From contig JACPWO010000001.1 in the NCBI GenBank assembly GCA_016197005.1, positions 540,544-575,969 of the forward strand: a stretch of 35,426 nt of DNA, in the 5' to 3' direction. Origin of the DNA: Candidatus Anderseniibacteriota bacterium (lineage in GTDB: Bacteria; Patescibacteriota; Andersenbacteria; UBA10190). A program made the translations under genes and the position numbers. Of this stretch, positions 9,610-18,516 are shown piece after piece (positions within the stretch are counted from its first letter, which is position 1; each line of letters starts with the position of its first letter). The notes below the pieces were generated by a model. That model was not told the DNA's origin and made no database searches. It saw only the letters and a program-made list of their open reading frames with translations.

Positions 9610-10190
9610 CGGCGCCATATCGCGTACATCCCTGCTAGTACGAGCATTCCCATAGGAATAGCCGACGCGCCCATAATGAGTCCAGCTGTTTTGCCGCTGA
9701 GGGCGTAGTCGAGCGTGAGAAAGAAGTAGACAAAGAAGCGAGGACGGACGGTAAACGTATAAGGAAATCCACGGGCATCTCGGATGAGAGATACAAATAC
9801 AAGAGAGGCGTAGGTAGCAAAGAAAATGAGAATGAGAGAATACGGCTCATGGGCGAAAAGGAAAGCGTACAGACAGGCGCTCGCAATCCCCACCATATCA
9901 GCAGCCGTATCAACGAGGACGCCAGTGGGGCCAGTCTTTTGCCAGCGCGCTAGGGCGCCATCAATACCATCAAGTAAGACGTGCACCCATAAACCAATAA
10001 GGAAGATGGTTGGCTCGTGAAGTAGAAGGGCACCAAGAAGACCACTGGCGGCTACGAGACCAGAGAGGAAACTAATGTGGTTAGCCGTTATCTTCCAGGC
10101 CGCAAGGGTGCGAACTAGTGGCAAGAAGAACCTATCTTTATATCGTTGGAAGCTTTTCATCGCTCCCCGTTCAGCTACAGCGTAAAGCAT
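9591..10190 (-). CDS. CDP-alcohol phosphatidyltransferase family protein
   Basis: 199 aa polytopic membrane protein with the family motif 'LDGIDGALARWQKTGPTGVLVDTAADMV' (D-G-x2-A-R...G-x3-D-x3-D). An alternative ATG start lies at 10160. The 3' end overlaps ruvB convergently by 19 nt. Confidence 0.75.
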   Translation of the reverse strand: MLYAVAERGAMKSFQRYKDRFFLPLVRTLAAWKITANHISFLSGLVAASGLLGALLLHEPTIFLIGLWVHVLLDGIDGALARWQKTGPTGVLVDTAADMVGIASACLYAFLFAHEPYSLILIFFATYASLVFVSLIRDARGFPYTFTVRPRFFVYFFLTLDYALSGKTAGLIMGASAIPMGMLVLAGMYAIWRRQSRAR

Positions 10191-10196
10191 AAAAAA

Positions 10197-11924
10197 ATGA
10201 TACCATTACTTGTAATGAGGAAGCTGCAAGCAAGTGCTTTCTTGGCTCTACTGGGGAGTGGTATTACTGTCGCTTATGCTGCAGAAAATGGTGTTCGAAT
10301 CAGCGAAGTAATGTGGGATGGCACGGAATATGTTGAGTTGTACAACGGAGGAGACGAGGAAGTTAGGCTGGAAGGTTGGAAACTTAGTCGACAGAAAGCG
10401 GGGACAGACGAACAAACTATTATTACCTTTACTGATGATCACCGAATTGATGCCGGTGATTACTTTCTTATTGAAAAAAACCAAGATGCCACTTCGATTG
10501 AAGCTGATGCTATAGCTAGCAGTCTTACCCTTGTAAATACTGGTGAGGCAGTGCGCCTGTATGATGATAAAAACAACACTCGGGATAGCGCTGGTGGAGA
10601 AGGCGCTTGGCTAGCTGGCAAGAATACGGATACAGGTGTTTCCATGGAGCGGACAGCTGACGGGTGGCAAAGTTCAAGTGGAGCAGGCGGTGGACGGAGC
10701 GGGACGCCGCGAGCAGCTAATAGTTCAGGGCAGGCAGAGAGCTCAACTACTCCAGTGCCACAATCGTACGACACACCGCTTCTCATTAATGAGTTTCTAC
10801 CGAATCCTAGTGGGGAAGACGCTGCTAGTGAGTTTATCGAACTGTATAATCCGAGTGATGGATCAGTTGATTTGTCGGGCTGGCAAATTGACGACGCATC
10901 CGGCGGTAGTACACCTTATCGTATCCCCGACAATACATCAGTGGCTTCTCATTCCTACATTGTATTTAAAAGTACTGACACGAAGATTGCTCTTAATAAT
11001 ACTAATGACAGTGTGCGCTTACTGGATCCTACAGGAGGCGTGCAAGAGGAGACGAGTTATACAGGGGGTCCAGAAAATCAGTCATATAATCGCGATACAG
11101 CGGGCTCATACAAACTCAGTACTACCATAACGAGTGGCAATACTAATGTTATTACCCAGCCCGCTCCTTCTCCCGCGGCTACACCAAAGGCTACTTCCAC
11201 CCCAACGGTTAAGCCTTCACCTATCAAGACAGCCAGTCCTACCTCTTCTGTTACGGGAATAGCGAACGCTACTATTGTCATCTGGCGTCTCCTGCCGGAT
11301 CCGGTAGAAAAAGATGAGGAGGGGGAATATATCGAGGTAAAAAACAAGGAGAGTAAAAGTGTAACGCTCACTGGTTGGAAGCTCGATGATGAAGAGGGTG
11401 GCAGTACCCCTTATGAAATTCCCGAAGAAACAACTATTGCTGCCGGACAGATAATTTCCTTTCCCCGCGAGGAAACAAATATTGCCTTAAACAACACAGG
11501 AGATACGGTTCGACTTTTAAATCCAGCTGGTGTCGTCGTTGATCAGATAACGTACGGAAAAGTGGGCGCTGGTGAGATTGTCAGTGTGGAGAGTGGTAGT
11601 GTAGCTGGCGCCACAACAACCGCATCGACAACATCTGCACCGGTGTCGTCAGACTCACCTACTGTAAGTACAATAGCAAAGGAAGGAGAATCATCAGAAG
11701 GCGTGGAAGTTGTCGAAGGAATTCCACAAACACAAGTAGCTTTAGCTGGAGCTTCACATTTAGGACAAACAGCATTAGTTGAGGAGACGTCCTCTAATAA
11801 AAAAAGCCAGCGTGACGGTATTGTAGCTGGTGTCCTCTTAATCGGCGGAGCAGGAGCAGCTGCTGTTGCCTATGCTAAACCAGGCACATTGGCGAAGTTA
11901 AAATCTTTTGTTAGTAACGCGTAA
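10197..11924 (+). CDS. Surface protein with three lamin-tail-domain (LTD) repeats, P/T/S-rich linkers and a C-terminal TM anchor
   Basis: Three copies occur of the pattern 'I(N/S)E..(P/W)......E(Y/F)IEL(Y/K)N......L.GW.L.D..' followed by 'N..D.VRLL(D/N)P.G'. The signal peptide is 'MIPLLVMRKLQASAFLALLGSGITVAYA'. I prefer the ATG at 10197 to the track start at 10146. The C-terminal hydrophobic helix is 'GIVAGVLLIGGAGAAAVAYA'. Confidence 0.7.
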   Translation: MIPLLVMRKLQASAFLALLGSGITVAYAAENGVRISEVMWDGTEYVELYNGGDEEVRLEGWKLSRQKAGTDEQTIITFTDDHRIDAGDYFLIEKNQDATSIEADAIASSLTLVNTGEAVRLYDDKNNTRDSAGGEGAWLAGKNTDTGVSMERTADGWQSSSGAGGGRSGTPRAANSSGQAESSTTPVPQSYDTPLLINEFLPNPSGEDAASEFIELYNPSDGSVDLSGWQIDDASGGSTPYRIPDNTSVASHSYIVFKSTDTKIALNNTNDSVRLLDPTGGVQEETSYTGGPENQSYNRDTAGSYKLSTTITSGNTNVITQPAPSPAATPKATSTPTVKPSPIKTASPTSSVTGIANATIVIWRLLPDPVEKDEEGEYIEVKNKESKSVTLTGWKLDDEEGGSTPYEIPEETTIAAGQIISFPREETNIALNNTGDTVRLLNPAGVVVDQITYGKVGAGEIVSVESGSVAGATTTASTTSAPVSSDSPTVSTIAKEGESSEGVEVVEGIPQTQVALAGASHLGQTALVEETSSNKKSQRDGIVAGVLLIGGAGAAAVAYAKPGTLAKLKSFVSNA

Positions 11925-11962
11925 CTTGCTGGCAAGTAAGGCCGTAAGGTACCGTAGCAACT

Positions 11963-12997
11963 ATGGCAATTCCTGGTAAAGAAGTAAGGGGTGTACGGGT
12001 AGTAGTACTTGGCGGTGGCAATGGCACGTCCCGCGTACTTAAAGCACTGCTGCCGCTTCTTCACGAAGAAAAAATTGCTTCACTTCATGCCCTGGTCCAT
12101 ATGGCTGATGATGGTGGGTCATCAGGTCGCTTACGCGCGCAGTACGCAGTGGGATCGATGGGAGATCTTACGCGCTGTTTGTTGGCACTTTCCCGCCTGC
12201 GCGGAGATATCCGTGGAGAACGTTTTATCCGAGCACTGGAATATCGGTTCGCGAGCGGAGATTTTCGTGGGCACACTCTACGCAACGCTCTTCTAGCTGC
12301 CTTGGAACTTACCAGCGACCTTGATGCAGCGGTTGCTACGTTTGCTCGGATACTGCAGATTCCAAAATATGCTGGTGCTTTTCCTACTACCTTAACTCCG
12401 CTAACTCAGCAGGTTGAGCTAGCAGGTGAAATCCTTGGATCGGGGCAACATCACATCTCTTGGAATGTTGATTTACAAGCGAAGGATACTACAAAACCGG
12501 GAGACGTAGTTGTGACATTTGCCGAAGGAAAGGTTCAGCTCAATCCGCGGGCGGTAGATGTCCTTAAAGTTGCTACGCACATTATTGTGGCACCTGGGCA
12601 TACCTATGGGACAATTTTGCCCACGCTTGCCTCTCTGCAGCCGCATCGCAATTTGGAAAAACTTTTGGCTGATAAGAAACTTGTGGTTTTAATGACCCTT
12701 CTTACGACTCCGAAACAAACGAGTCAGTGGAGTGGTGAAGATTTTGTACGAGTGTATGAGTCGTATTTGGGGCGGTCAGTAGATATCGTTATTGGTAATA
12801 CCGGTATGGCGAAGGTGGATTTAGTGAGCGGACAAGATTGGGTGCAGTTTACGGAAAAAGACCATCCCTACCAGTTACTTCAGGAAAATATTGTCAGTAC
12901 AGAAGAGCAGGCAGCTCAGACCGGAGACACAGTCCCGCGTGCCGTAGTTGTTCACGACGAAGACAAGATACGTCAGATTTTCACGTCCCATCTGTAG
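11963..12997 (+). CDS. YvcK / CofD-like (UPF0052, gluconeogenesis-factor family) protein
   Basis: 344 aa with 'VVVLGGGNGTSRVLKAL' and 'VHMADDGGSSGRLR...GDLTRCLLAL'. Confidence 0.7.
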   Translation: MAIPGKEVRGVRVVVLGGGNGTSRVLKALLPLLHEEKIASLHALVHMADDGGSSGRLRAQYAVGSMGDLTRCLLALSRLRGDIRGERFIRALEYRFASGDFRGHTLRNALLAALELTSDLDAAVATFARILQIPKYAGAFPTTLTPLTQQVELAGEILGSGQHHISWNVDLQAKDTTKPGDVVVTFAEGKVQLNPRAVDVLKVATHIIVAPGHTYGTILPTLASLQPHRNLEKLLADKKLVVLMTLLTTPKQTSQWSGEDFVRVYESYLGRSVDIVIGNTGMAKVDLVSGQDWVQFTEKDHPYQLLQENIVSTEEQAAQTGDTVPRAVVVHDEDKIRQIFTSHL

Positions 12998-13098
12998 AGA
13001 AAACAGACAGTATTTCACTCACGCTTGATAGAGTGGCTACGAGGTAAAGAAACAGGTAAACCTATTACTCTCTCCATGTTACGAGTTACAATGGATTG

Positions 13099-14799
13099 AT
13101 GGTGTCTCTTGATCCTGTTTTAAGTGAAGCTGAACGCAAGAAAGAGCTTGCGAGCAAACTCAAACTCATGTCTTCCGATCAGGAAGAACATATTGCAGAA
13201 GTACGTGCCCAAGAAGCTGGGTTGCCCTACATTAGTTTGGTCACATTTCCGATTGATTCGGATGTTTTAGAATTGGTTTCTAAGACACGAGCGCGCGAAA
13301 CTGACGCAGTACTATTTTATCATCAGGGTAAAGATGTTCGAGTAGGGGCAGTGGAGCCACGTTCAGAAAAAGTACAGGAATTAATGAAGGATCTTATTAA
13401 GAAATTTGGGGCTGCTCCGGTCCTGTACCTTATTTCTCGCCGTAGTTTAGCAGCCTGTTTAGCACGGTATCGTCGTGAAGCTCCTCAAGAGGCAGTGCTC
13501 GAAGGTGAACTTTCGGTAAACGCTAACGAAGTGACCTTGGCCGGAGAGGCAGTTAAAAATTTAGAAGAGTTAGGTGCTCGTATCACCAGTCTACCGCCGT
13601 CGCAAATTCTACAAGCGGTTGTGGTGAACGCTACGATTATGGGGGCATCAGATATTCATATTGAGCCGAAAGAAAAAAATGCTCGTCTCCGTTTTCGCGT
13701 TGACGGTGTATTGCAAGACATTACCAATTTTGCCCGTGACGGGTGGTCACTTTTGCTATCCCGCATCAAAGTACTTTCTCGTCTTAAGCTAAATGTTCAC
13801 GAAACTCCTCAAGATGGCAGTTTTGTCCTTAGATTGCCGCTGGGAACTGCCGGGGAGGAAAATATATATGATATTCGTGTCTCTATTTTGCCGGGTGGGT
13901 GGGGTGAGACAATTGTTATGCGTCTTTTAAGTCGAAAGATGGAAGCGGTTTCTATTACCGATCTGGGAATGAAAGAACGTGATTTTCAGTTAGTCCAAGC
14001 AGAACTCAAGCGAGCTAATGGCATGATCTTAGTTACCGGACCGACGGGTTCTGGAAAGACGACTACGCTGGCTTCATTTATTAAAGCGGTAAATACTCCG
14101 GAACTTAAGATTATTACCCTGGAAGATCCAATTGAGTATCGTCTGCCGGGGGTTCAACAAACGCAAATTGATCATGCGGCTGGGTATACGTTTGCGAAAG
14201 GTCTACGCTCCATTCTTCGTCAAGATCCGGACATGATCCTGCTGGGTGAGATGCGGGATGAAGAAACAGCTGAGACGGCTGTTCATGCCGCCCTAACTGG
14301 TCACTTGGTATTTTCTACCTTACATACAAACAATGCAGCTGGTGCGATCCCACGTCTGGTAAATATGGGAGCAAAGCCATATGTTTTAGCTCCGGCTCTT
14401 AATCTTATTATTGCTCAGCGCCTTGTTCGCAAAGTATGTCCAAAATGTGCTGAGGAATACAAACCGGATGCGGCTATTAAAGAGCGCATAGCGGAAGTCA
14501 TGGCGGGTGTACGTACCGATGTCTTTGACCCAAGTCGTCTGAAAAATAAAAAACTGACAATCCTAAAAGCAGTTGGTTGCAAAGCCTGTGTAAATGGATA
14601 TAAGGGACGAGTAGGTGCCTTCGAAATTTTTGCTGTCGACAACAACATAAAAGAATTAATGATTGAAGGTGCTAATGAATTTCGGGTACAAGAAGCAGCT
14701 CTCAAGCAAGGCATGACAACTATTACCCAAGACGGATTTATTAAAGTGTTGGATCACGTTACGTCACTTGAGGAGATCGAGCGTATCGCCGAAGAGTAG
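13099..14799 (+). CDS. Type IV pilus / type II secretion assembly ATPase (PilB/GspE family)
   Basis: Walker A 'VTGPTGSGKTTTL', 'ITLEDPIEY', Walker B 'ILLGEMRDEETA', His box 'GHLVFSTLHTNNA' and a tetracysteine 'CPKCAEEY...CKACVNGYKGR'. The ATG at 13099 is one codon inside the TTG-opened ORF. Confidence 0.85.
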   Translation: MVSLDPVLSEAERKKELASKLKLMSSDQEEHIAEVRAQEAGLPYISLVTFPIDSDVLELVSKTRARETDAVLFYHQGKDVRVGAVEPRSEKVQELMKDLIKKFGAAPVLYLISRRSLAACLARYRREAPQEAVLEGELSVNANEVTLAGEAVKNLEELGARITSLPPSQILQAVVVNATIMGASDIHIEPKEKNARLRFRVDGVLQDITNFARDGWSLLLSRIKVLSRLKLNVHETPQDGSFVLRLPLGTAGEENIYDIRVSILPGGWGETIVMRLLSRKMEAVSITDLGMKERDFQLVQAELKRANGMILVTGPTGSGKTTTLASFIKAVNTPELKIITLEDPIEYRLPGVQQTQIDHAAGYTFAKGLRSILRQDPDMILLGEMRDEETAETAVHAALTGHLVFSTLHTNNAAGAIPRLVNMGAKPYVLAPALNLIIAQRLVRKVCPKCAEEYKPDAAIKERIAEVMAGVRTDVFDPSRLKNKKLTILKAVGCKACVNGYKGRVGAFEIFAVDNNIKELMIEGANEFRVQEAALKQGMTTITQDGFIKVLDHVTSLEEIERIAEE

Positions 14800-14811
14800 T
14801 ATATTATCTCC

Positions 14812-16212
14812 ATGTCATTCTTCCGTAAGCTTGTAAAGAAGAATCGCACCCAACTCATTGTTATTGGCCTCGGCATCATTGCCTTTGTCGCTCTAGCCGT
14901 CGCTTCTTCTGAATATTCAGCTCTTACAAGAACGAGTGTCTTAACCGAACCAAGAGATAGTGTCAGTTGTACCTGTTTTTGTTCGGCGGAGGGTGAAGTA
15001 CACCTTCCAATGTGCCGAAACGATCAAGTAGTATGTACTGCTGATCTCCAAAAATATACGCTCACCTTAAATGGACCTTTCAAAAACTACATCGCTGCTG
15101 CTGATGCTTGCGCCGCGCTTAATTACAACCGAGGATGTGATGGATTCCGTCGTGATCCGAAGAATCCGAGCGCAAGAATTCATGACAACGGTGTATTGAA
15201 TCTATGTACGACCACAAATATTCCAACCGTGACTCCTGCTCCGACCCCTACTTCTACTCCGAAACCAACCCCAACACCGACGGTTACGCCAACCCCATCT
15301 CCGGAGCCTCCTTGCGTGGTAGAAGCCGGTGGTATTTGTGTTAAATCTACGATCTCCTCCGGGGCAGGGAAAGGGTGCTACGTGGCTGGAGGTAGCCTTA
15401 CCATCTCCCTGACAGCTGAATTAACAGAAGCGAAAAGTGAAAAGGAATTTGGCTCGGCTCGGCTCTACCCTATTAATTTTTACGATGAAGAAGGTGCTTA
15501 CATTCCCTATCTCATACGTCCAAACTTTGATCCATTCGCTTTCTTCTACGGGTTGAGCGGGCGTATTTGGATACCACAAGTCTTTGGGAGTAAGACGTAC
15601 ACCCTCACGGGTACGGTGAACGAGGATATACCAAGAGCGACGGTGCTGCGATGGAGCTTTGATGTGAAAACTGGCTTTCATAACGAAAACGCTGCGAGTT
15701 ACGTACTTGAAGTACCGGGATGTACTCAAGAGAAAGCAGTAAAAACTCCGACGTGTGAAATACGACATATCACAATGACCGGTGAGCGAGCAGAGGAGGG
15801 GATAGAATCTTCTGAAAGAAATCAATGGAATGGGAATACACCAAAAACCCTAGACGCGGAAGCAATGAAGCAGCGGCTAACGCAAAAATCACGAGAGTTT
15901 TGTTTTGCTATATCGCTGGAAGAACAGAAGAAAATTTGCAATATAAACGATCGCAGTGATTATTGGCCCTACGTTCCCATACGAGATGATCGAGGCGAGT
16001 CGTTAACAGCAAAATTGCTTGATGGTCCGATTGCACCGAAATCATTGTACATACCATTCCGTATTCGTCCTGGTGAGACGACAGTAGCGAGAAGCGATGG
16101 ACCTCTTGCACTCAGCTTGGGTTACTCAGTGTTTGCGCGTACCCCTTGTGTTGTGACCTGTGTGCCGGAGCAGTTTTCAGGCAACGCGAGTATTGCGTGC
16201 CAGGAGGAGTAG
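14812..16212 (+). CDS. Hypothetical Cys-rich, N-terminally membrane-anchored protein with a P/T linker
   Basis: 466 aa with TM helix 'LIVIGLGIIAFVALAVA'. It has clustered Cys ('SCTCFCSAEG...PMC') and the linker 'TVTPAPTPTSTPKPTPTPTVTPTPSPEPP'. No prepilin (G-F-T-L-I-E) motif. The start lies 12 nt after the PilB-like gene. Confidence 0.5.
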   Translation: MSFFRKLVKKNRTQLIVIGLGIIAFVALAVASSEYSALTRTSVLTEPRDSVSCTCFCSAEGEVHLPMCRNDQVVCTADLQKYTLTLNGPFKNYIAAADACAALNYNRGCDGFRRDPKNPSARIHDNGVLNLCTTTNIPTVTPAPTPTSTPKPTPTPTVTPTPSPEPPCVVEAGGICVKSTISSGAGKGCYVAGGSLTISLTAELTEAKSEKEFGSARLYPINFYDEEGAYIPYLIRPNFDPFAFFYGLSGRIWIPQVFGSKTYTLTGTVNEDIPRATVLRWSFDVKTGFHNENAASYVLEVPGCTQEKAVKTPTCEIRHITMTGERAEEGIESSERNQWNGNTPKTLDAEAMKQRLTQKSREFCFAISLEEQKKICNINDRSDYWPYVPIRDDRGESLTAKLLDGPIAPKSLYIPFRIRPGETTVARSDGPLALSLGYSVFARTPCVVTCVPEQFSGNASIACQEE

Positions 16213-16270
16213 GTAACAAGAATTCTAACCCTCATCGCCCGCAGCGAACGTACTGCCCTAAAGCAAAGAT

Positions 16271-16305
16271 AAAAAATACCGGAACAAGCTAGTGCTCGTT
16301 CCGGT
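16271..16305 (-). terminator. Rho-independent terminator candidate for the 89 aa ORF
   Basis: On the minus strand, stem ACCGGAAC/GTTCCGGT (16298-16305 / 16278-16285) is followed by AUUUUUUAU. Confidence 0.55.
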
Positions 16306-16313
16306 AAGAGGCC

Positions 16314-16583
16314 CTACTCATGAGTGTCTTTTTGAGACTGATAGTGGCTATTTGTCCGGCTCATCCGTCGGAACAAAATCGCCGAGTCGTTAAGGTATGG
16401 CTTTTCCAGACTCAAGAATGCCGTCGGGGGAAGGTGAAGGGTTATACCTGCTTCCAAGGTCTCTTGGCCGGGTAGCTGTTCTGATGATGCCATATCGCCA
16501 TTGTCATTAAGTACTTGTTCTTTTTGACAAGCATGGACATCTCCGTCATCACTCTGTTTCTGGTTTGCGCGCTCGTCCTTCAT
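16314..16583 (-). CDS. Small acidic hypothetical protein (89 aa)
   Basis: A strong SD, 'AAGGAGGTGTCCATG', lies immediately upstream of the internal ATG at 16583. The longer track ORF (to 16673) would overlap the upstream gene. A terminator follows. No family recognised. Confidence 0.5.
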   Translation of the reverse strand: MKDERANQKQSDDGDVHACQKEQVLNDNGDMASSEQLPGQETLEAGITLHLPPTAFLSLEKPYLNDSAILFRRMSRTNSHYQSQKDTHE

Positions 16584-16650
16584 GGACACCTCCTTGGGTG
16601 TGCAAGGGAAAAAGAATGTACAGATTTTTAAATTTAATATATCGCGTGTT

Positions 16651-17793
16651 TTACGGCAATACGCTTCGCGCAAATTGTAGTGCTTGTTTTTCCGCTTCTT
16701 CTAAATTAGGCGCAATAATAGCTACTGTCATAAGGCCGTTAATACGTTTAGCCGCCAGTTGTTGCAGTATTTCGTCGCGTCGGCCGCGTAATCCTTTTCC
16801 CAGTGATATATATGCTACGTAACGCTCCCCTGGCGTTTCTTCGTGAAGCACTAACGCTAAGTTATATCCAGCAATATTTTTTTCTAATTCGGCTAACGCG
16901 GTTGGTATATCTTCGGAGGTTGCTCCACTATCGGAAAAATCTACTGCTTTTAAGAGACTCCAAAAAATACCACCATACTCGTCGTGCTTTAGGCGCGCAT
17001 ATAGTCGTCCAGAAAGTTTTAGGAGGTGTAGTGGTTTTGTTTTAACTAAGTGTTGAATAACGCTTTCTTTATCCGCTTCTTGGTTCATCAGTTGTGCTGC
17101 TAATTCAAACGCTCGAGGGCGGGTGGTGGGGCTTTGAAAAGAATCGGTTGCCGCCACAATACCAGCGTAGAGACACGTGGCAATGTTAGGCGGAAGTTTG
17201 TCGCCGACTAATTCACGAATAAGTTCGTGTGTGACTTCGGCTACGGACGAAGCGGTAATATCCACTAGATTTACAGTGCCAAAATGTTCATTTCGTGCCC
17301 GGTAGTCGATATTAATGATTGGGGTGCCGTAAAAGAAGTCAGCGTGTTTTGTAAATAAATCTCCCAGTTCCTCCAGGTCGGCAGCACCGAAGACGAGTAC
17401 GGCATCATACGGAAGGGCGCGGACGTGAGTTTCAATATTATCTTTCTCTACCGAAGCTCCTTCACTTAAAACCACATGAACGCGTACGCCGCCGCGTAGG
17501 CTTTCATAACGTACATCCTCTACTTTTTGCGGGCCAGCGATATCAAGAACGACGTCTGGCTGGTAGGCAGGCTGCATTTTGACTTGAGAAGAGCCGGATA
17601 AGAACTGTAGTTGCTGGGGGACGTGACTGGGGCTTACGGCGTCTACATTCCCCTTGTAGTGCTCTAGGAGTGTTAGGTAGGTTGCGACCATAGAAGCAAA
17701 CGCGTCAGCTGATGGTTTTTCTGGCACTACCAGCAGCACGCCCGATGAGCGGTGAATGATGGAAAGTGTTTGTTGAGATTCAGGTAGTGACAT
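16651..17793 (-). CDS. NrnA-like DHH/DHHA1-fold protein with substituted catalytic motifs
   Basis: 380 aa. 'INIDYRARNEHFGTVNLVDITASSVAEV' parallels NrnA 'IDHHPNE...VDTSASSVSE'. 'LYAGIVAATDSFQSPTT' parallels 'IYAGIVGDTGRFLFPNT'. DHH is replaced by DYR, and the motif I 'PDPDA.GS' is replaced by 'PSADAFAS'. Confidence 0.55.
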   Translation of the reverse strand: MSLPESQQTLSIIHRSSGVLLVVPEKPSADAFASMVATYLTLLEHYKGNVDAVSPSHVPQQLQFLSGSSQVKMQPAYQPDVVLDIAGPQKVEDVRYESLRGGVRVHVVLSEGASVEKDNIETHVRALPYDAVLVFGAADLEELGDLFTKHADFFYGTPIINIDYRARNEHFGTVNLVDITASSVAEVTHELIRELVGDKLPPNIATCLYAGIVAATDSFQSPTTRPRAFELAAQLMNQEADKESVIQHLVKTKPLHLLKLSGRLYARLKHDEYGGIFWSLLKAVDFSDSGATSEDIPTALAELEKNIAGYNLALVLHEETPGERYVAYISLGKGLRGRRDEILQQLAAKRINGLMTVAIIAPNLEEAEKQALQFARSVLP

Positions 17794-17860
17794 GTGAGAA
17801 ATCTTTTTATACTACCGGTGATTCTTGATAGAAGGAAGTGTGAATATGTGGAAAGAATAC

Positions 17861-17889
17861 AAAAAATCCCGGTTGAGACGGGATTTTTG
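17861..17889 (-). terminator. Rho-independent (potentially bidirectional) terminator
   Basis: AAAAAATCCCG-gttgaga-CGGGATTTTT. The stem is flanked by an A-run and a T-run. It lies directly downstream of the 17907..18458 minus-strand gene. Confidence 0.6.
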
Positions 17890-17906
17890 CATACAGGTTG
17901 CGTACG

Positions 17907-18458
17907 TTACGAGGCAGGGGTCGGAGTTGGGGTGGATGAAGGAGTAGTGGATGGGGAAGCCGCAGGGGAAGGGGAAGCGCCGGGAGTTGTTGGAGTTGGG
18001 CTTTGGCGATTAATTTGTACGGGAACGACGTCAATAACAATATCTCGGTCTGGGTCGTAAAGGATAGCGCGGTTTTCCGTGATTACAAGGTTATCGCCAT
18101 TATCTGCTTTGTCGTAAAATGGGCTAGATTCTCGGAGACGGTTGACGTCGACAATAGTGGCGACGGTTGGTGCTGGCTCCGTTGGGATATCCATATGTCG
18201 GCGAACCTGTTCGAGTACTTGTTGGGCGCGTTCTTGGCCGCTTTGCTGAGTTGATTGTTGAATTTCCTCTAGGCGTTGCTCAGTTTCTTGTAATTGTCCG
18301 ACCGCCTCACGGCGCTGCTGCTCTGCCCAGACGAAAAGGGCAACAACTGCGATAAAGAGCAGGAACAACAAAAGAGTTATCCCTCGACCGCGGCGTCGTT
18401 TGCCTGGTCGTTTTAGTTCTTTCCCTGGAGCTACTTGTGGTGGTTGTTCCATAATCAT
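17907..18458 (-). CDS. Hypothetical membrane-anchored protein with a coiled coil and a C-terminal P/T/S-rich tail
   Basis: 183 aa with a basic N-terminus and TM helix 'ITLLLFLLFIAVVALFVW'. It also has a Q/E-rich helix and the tail 'SPTPTTPGASPSPAASPSTTPSSTPTPTPAS'. Confidence 0.5.
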   Translation of the reverse strand: MIMEQPPQVAPGKELKRPGKRRRGRGITLLLFLLFIAVVALFVWAEQQRREAVGQLQETEQRLEEIQQSTQQSGQERAQQVLEQVRRHMDIPTEPAPTVATIVDVNRLRESSPFYDKADNGDNLVITENRAILYDPDRDIVIDVVPVQINRQSPTPTTPGASPSPAASPSTTPSSTPTPTPAS

Positions 18459-18516
18459 TTCATGGTAGCCCCCTCAGAGCCTCTGACAAGTTCTCTTCTC
18501 CACACCCTTGTCAGAT

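Noticed and set aside
15229-15312. Repetitive ACNCCN/CCNACN DNA here, at ~11160-11260 and at ~17910-18000, considered as tandem repeats or a CRISPR-like array.
   Set aside because: These are in-frame Pro/Thr/Ser linker-coding segments inside three secreted proteins. They have no repeat-spacer periodicity.
17794-18060. 88 aa plus-strand and 77 aa minus-strand ORFs (17807..18040) overlapping the terminator and the P/T-rich tail of the 183 aa protein.
   Set aside because: They run across a strong terminator hairpin and mirror the low-complexity P/T linker. They are most likely artefacts.
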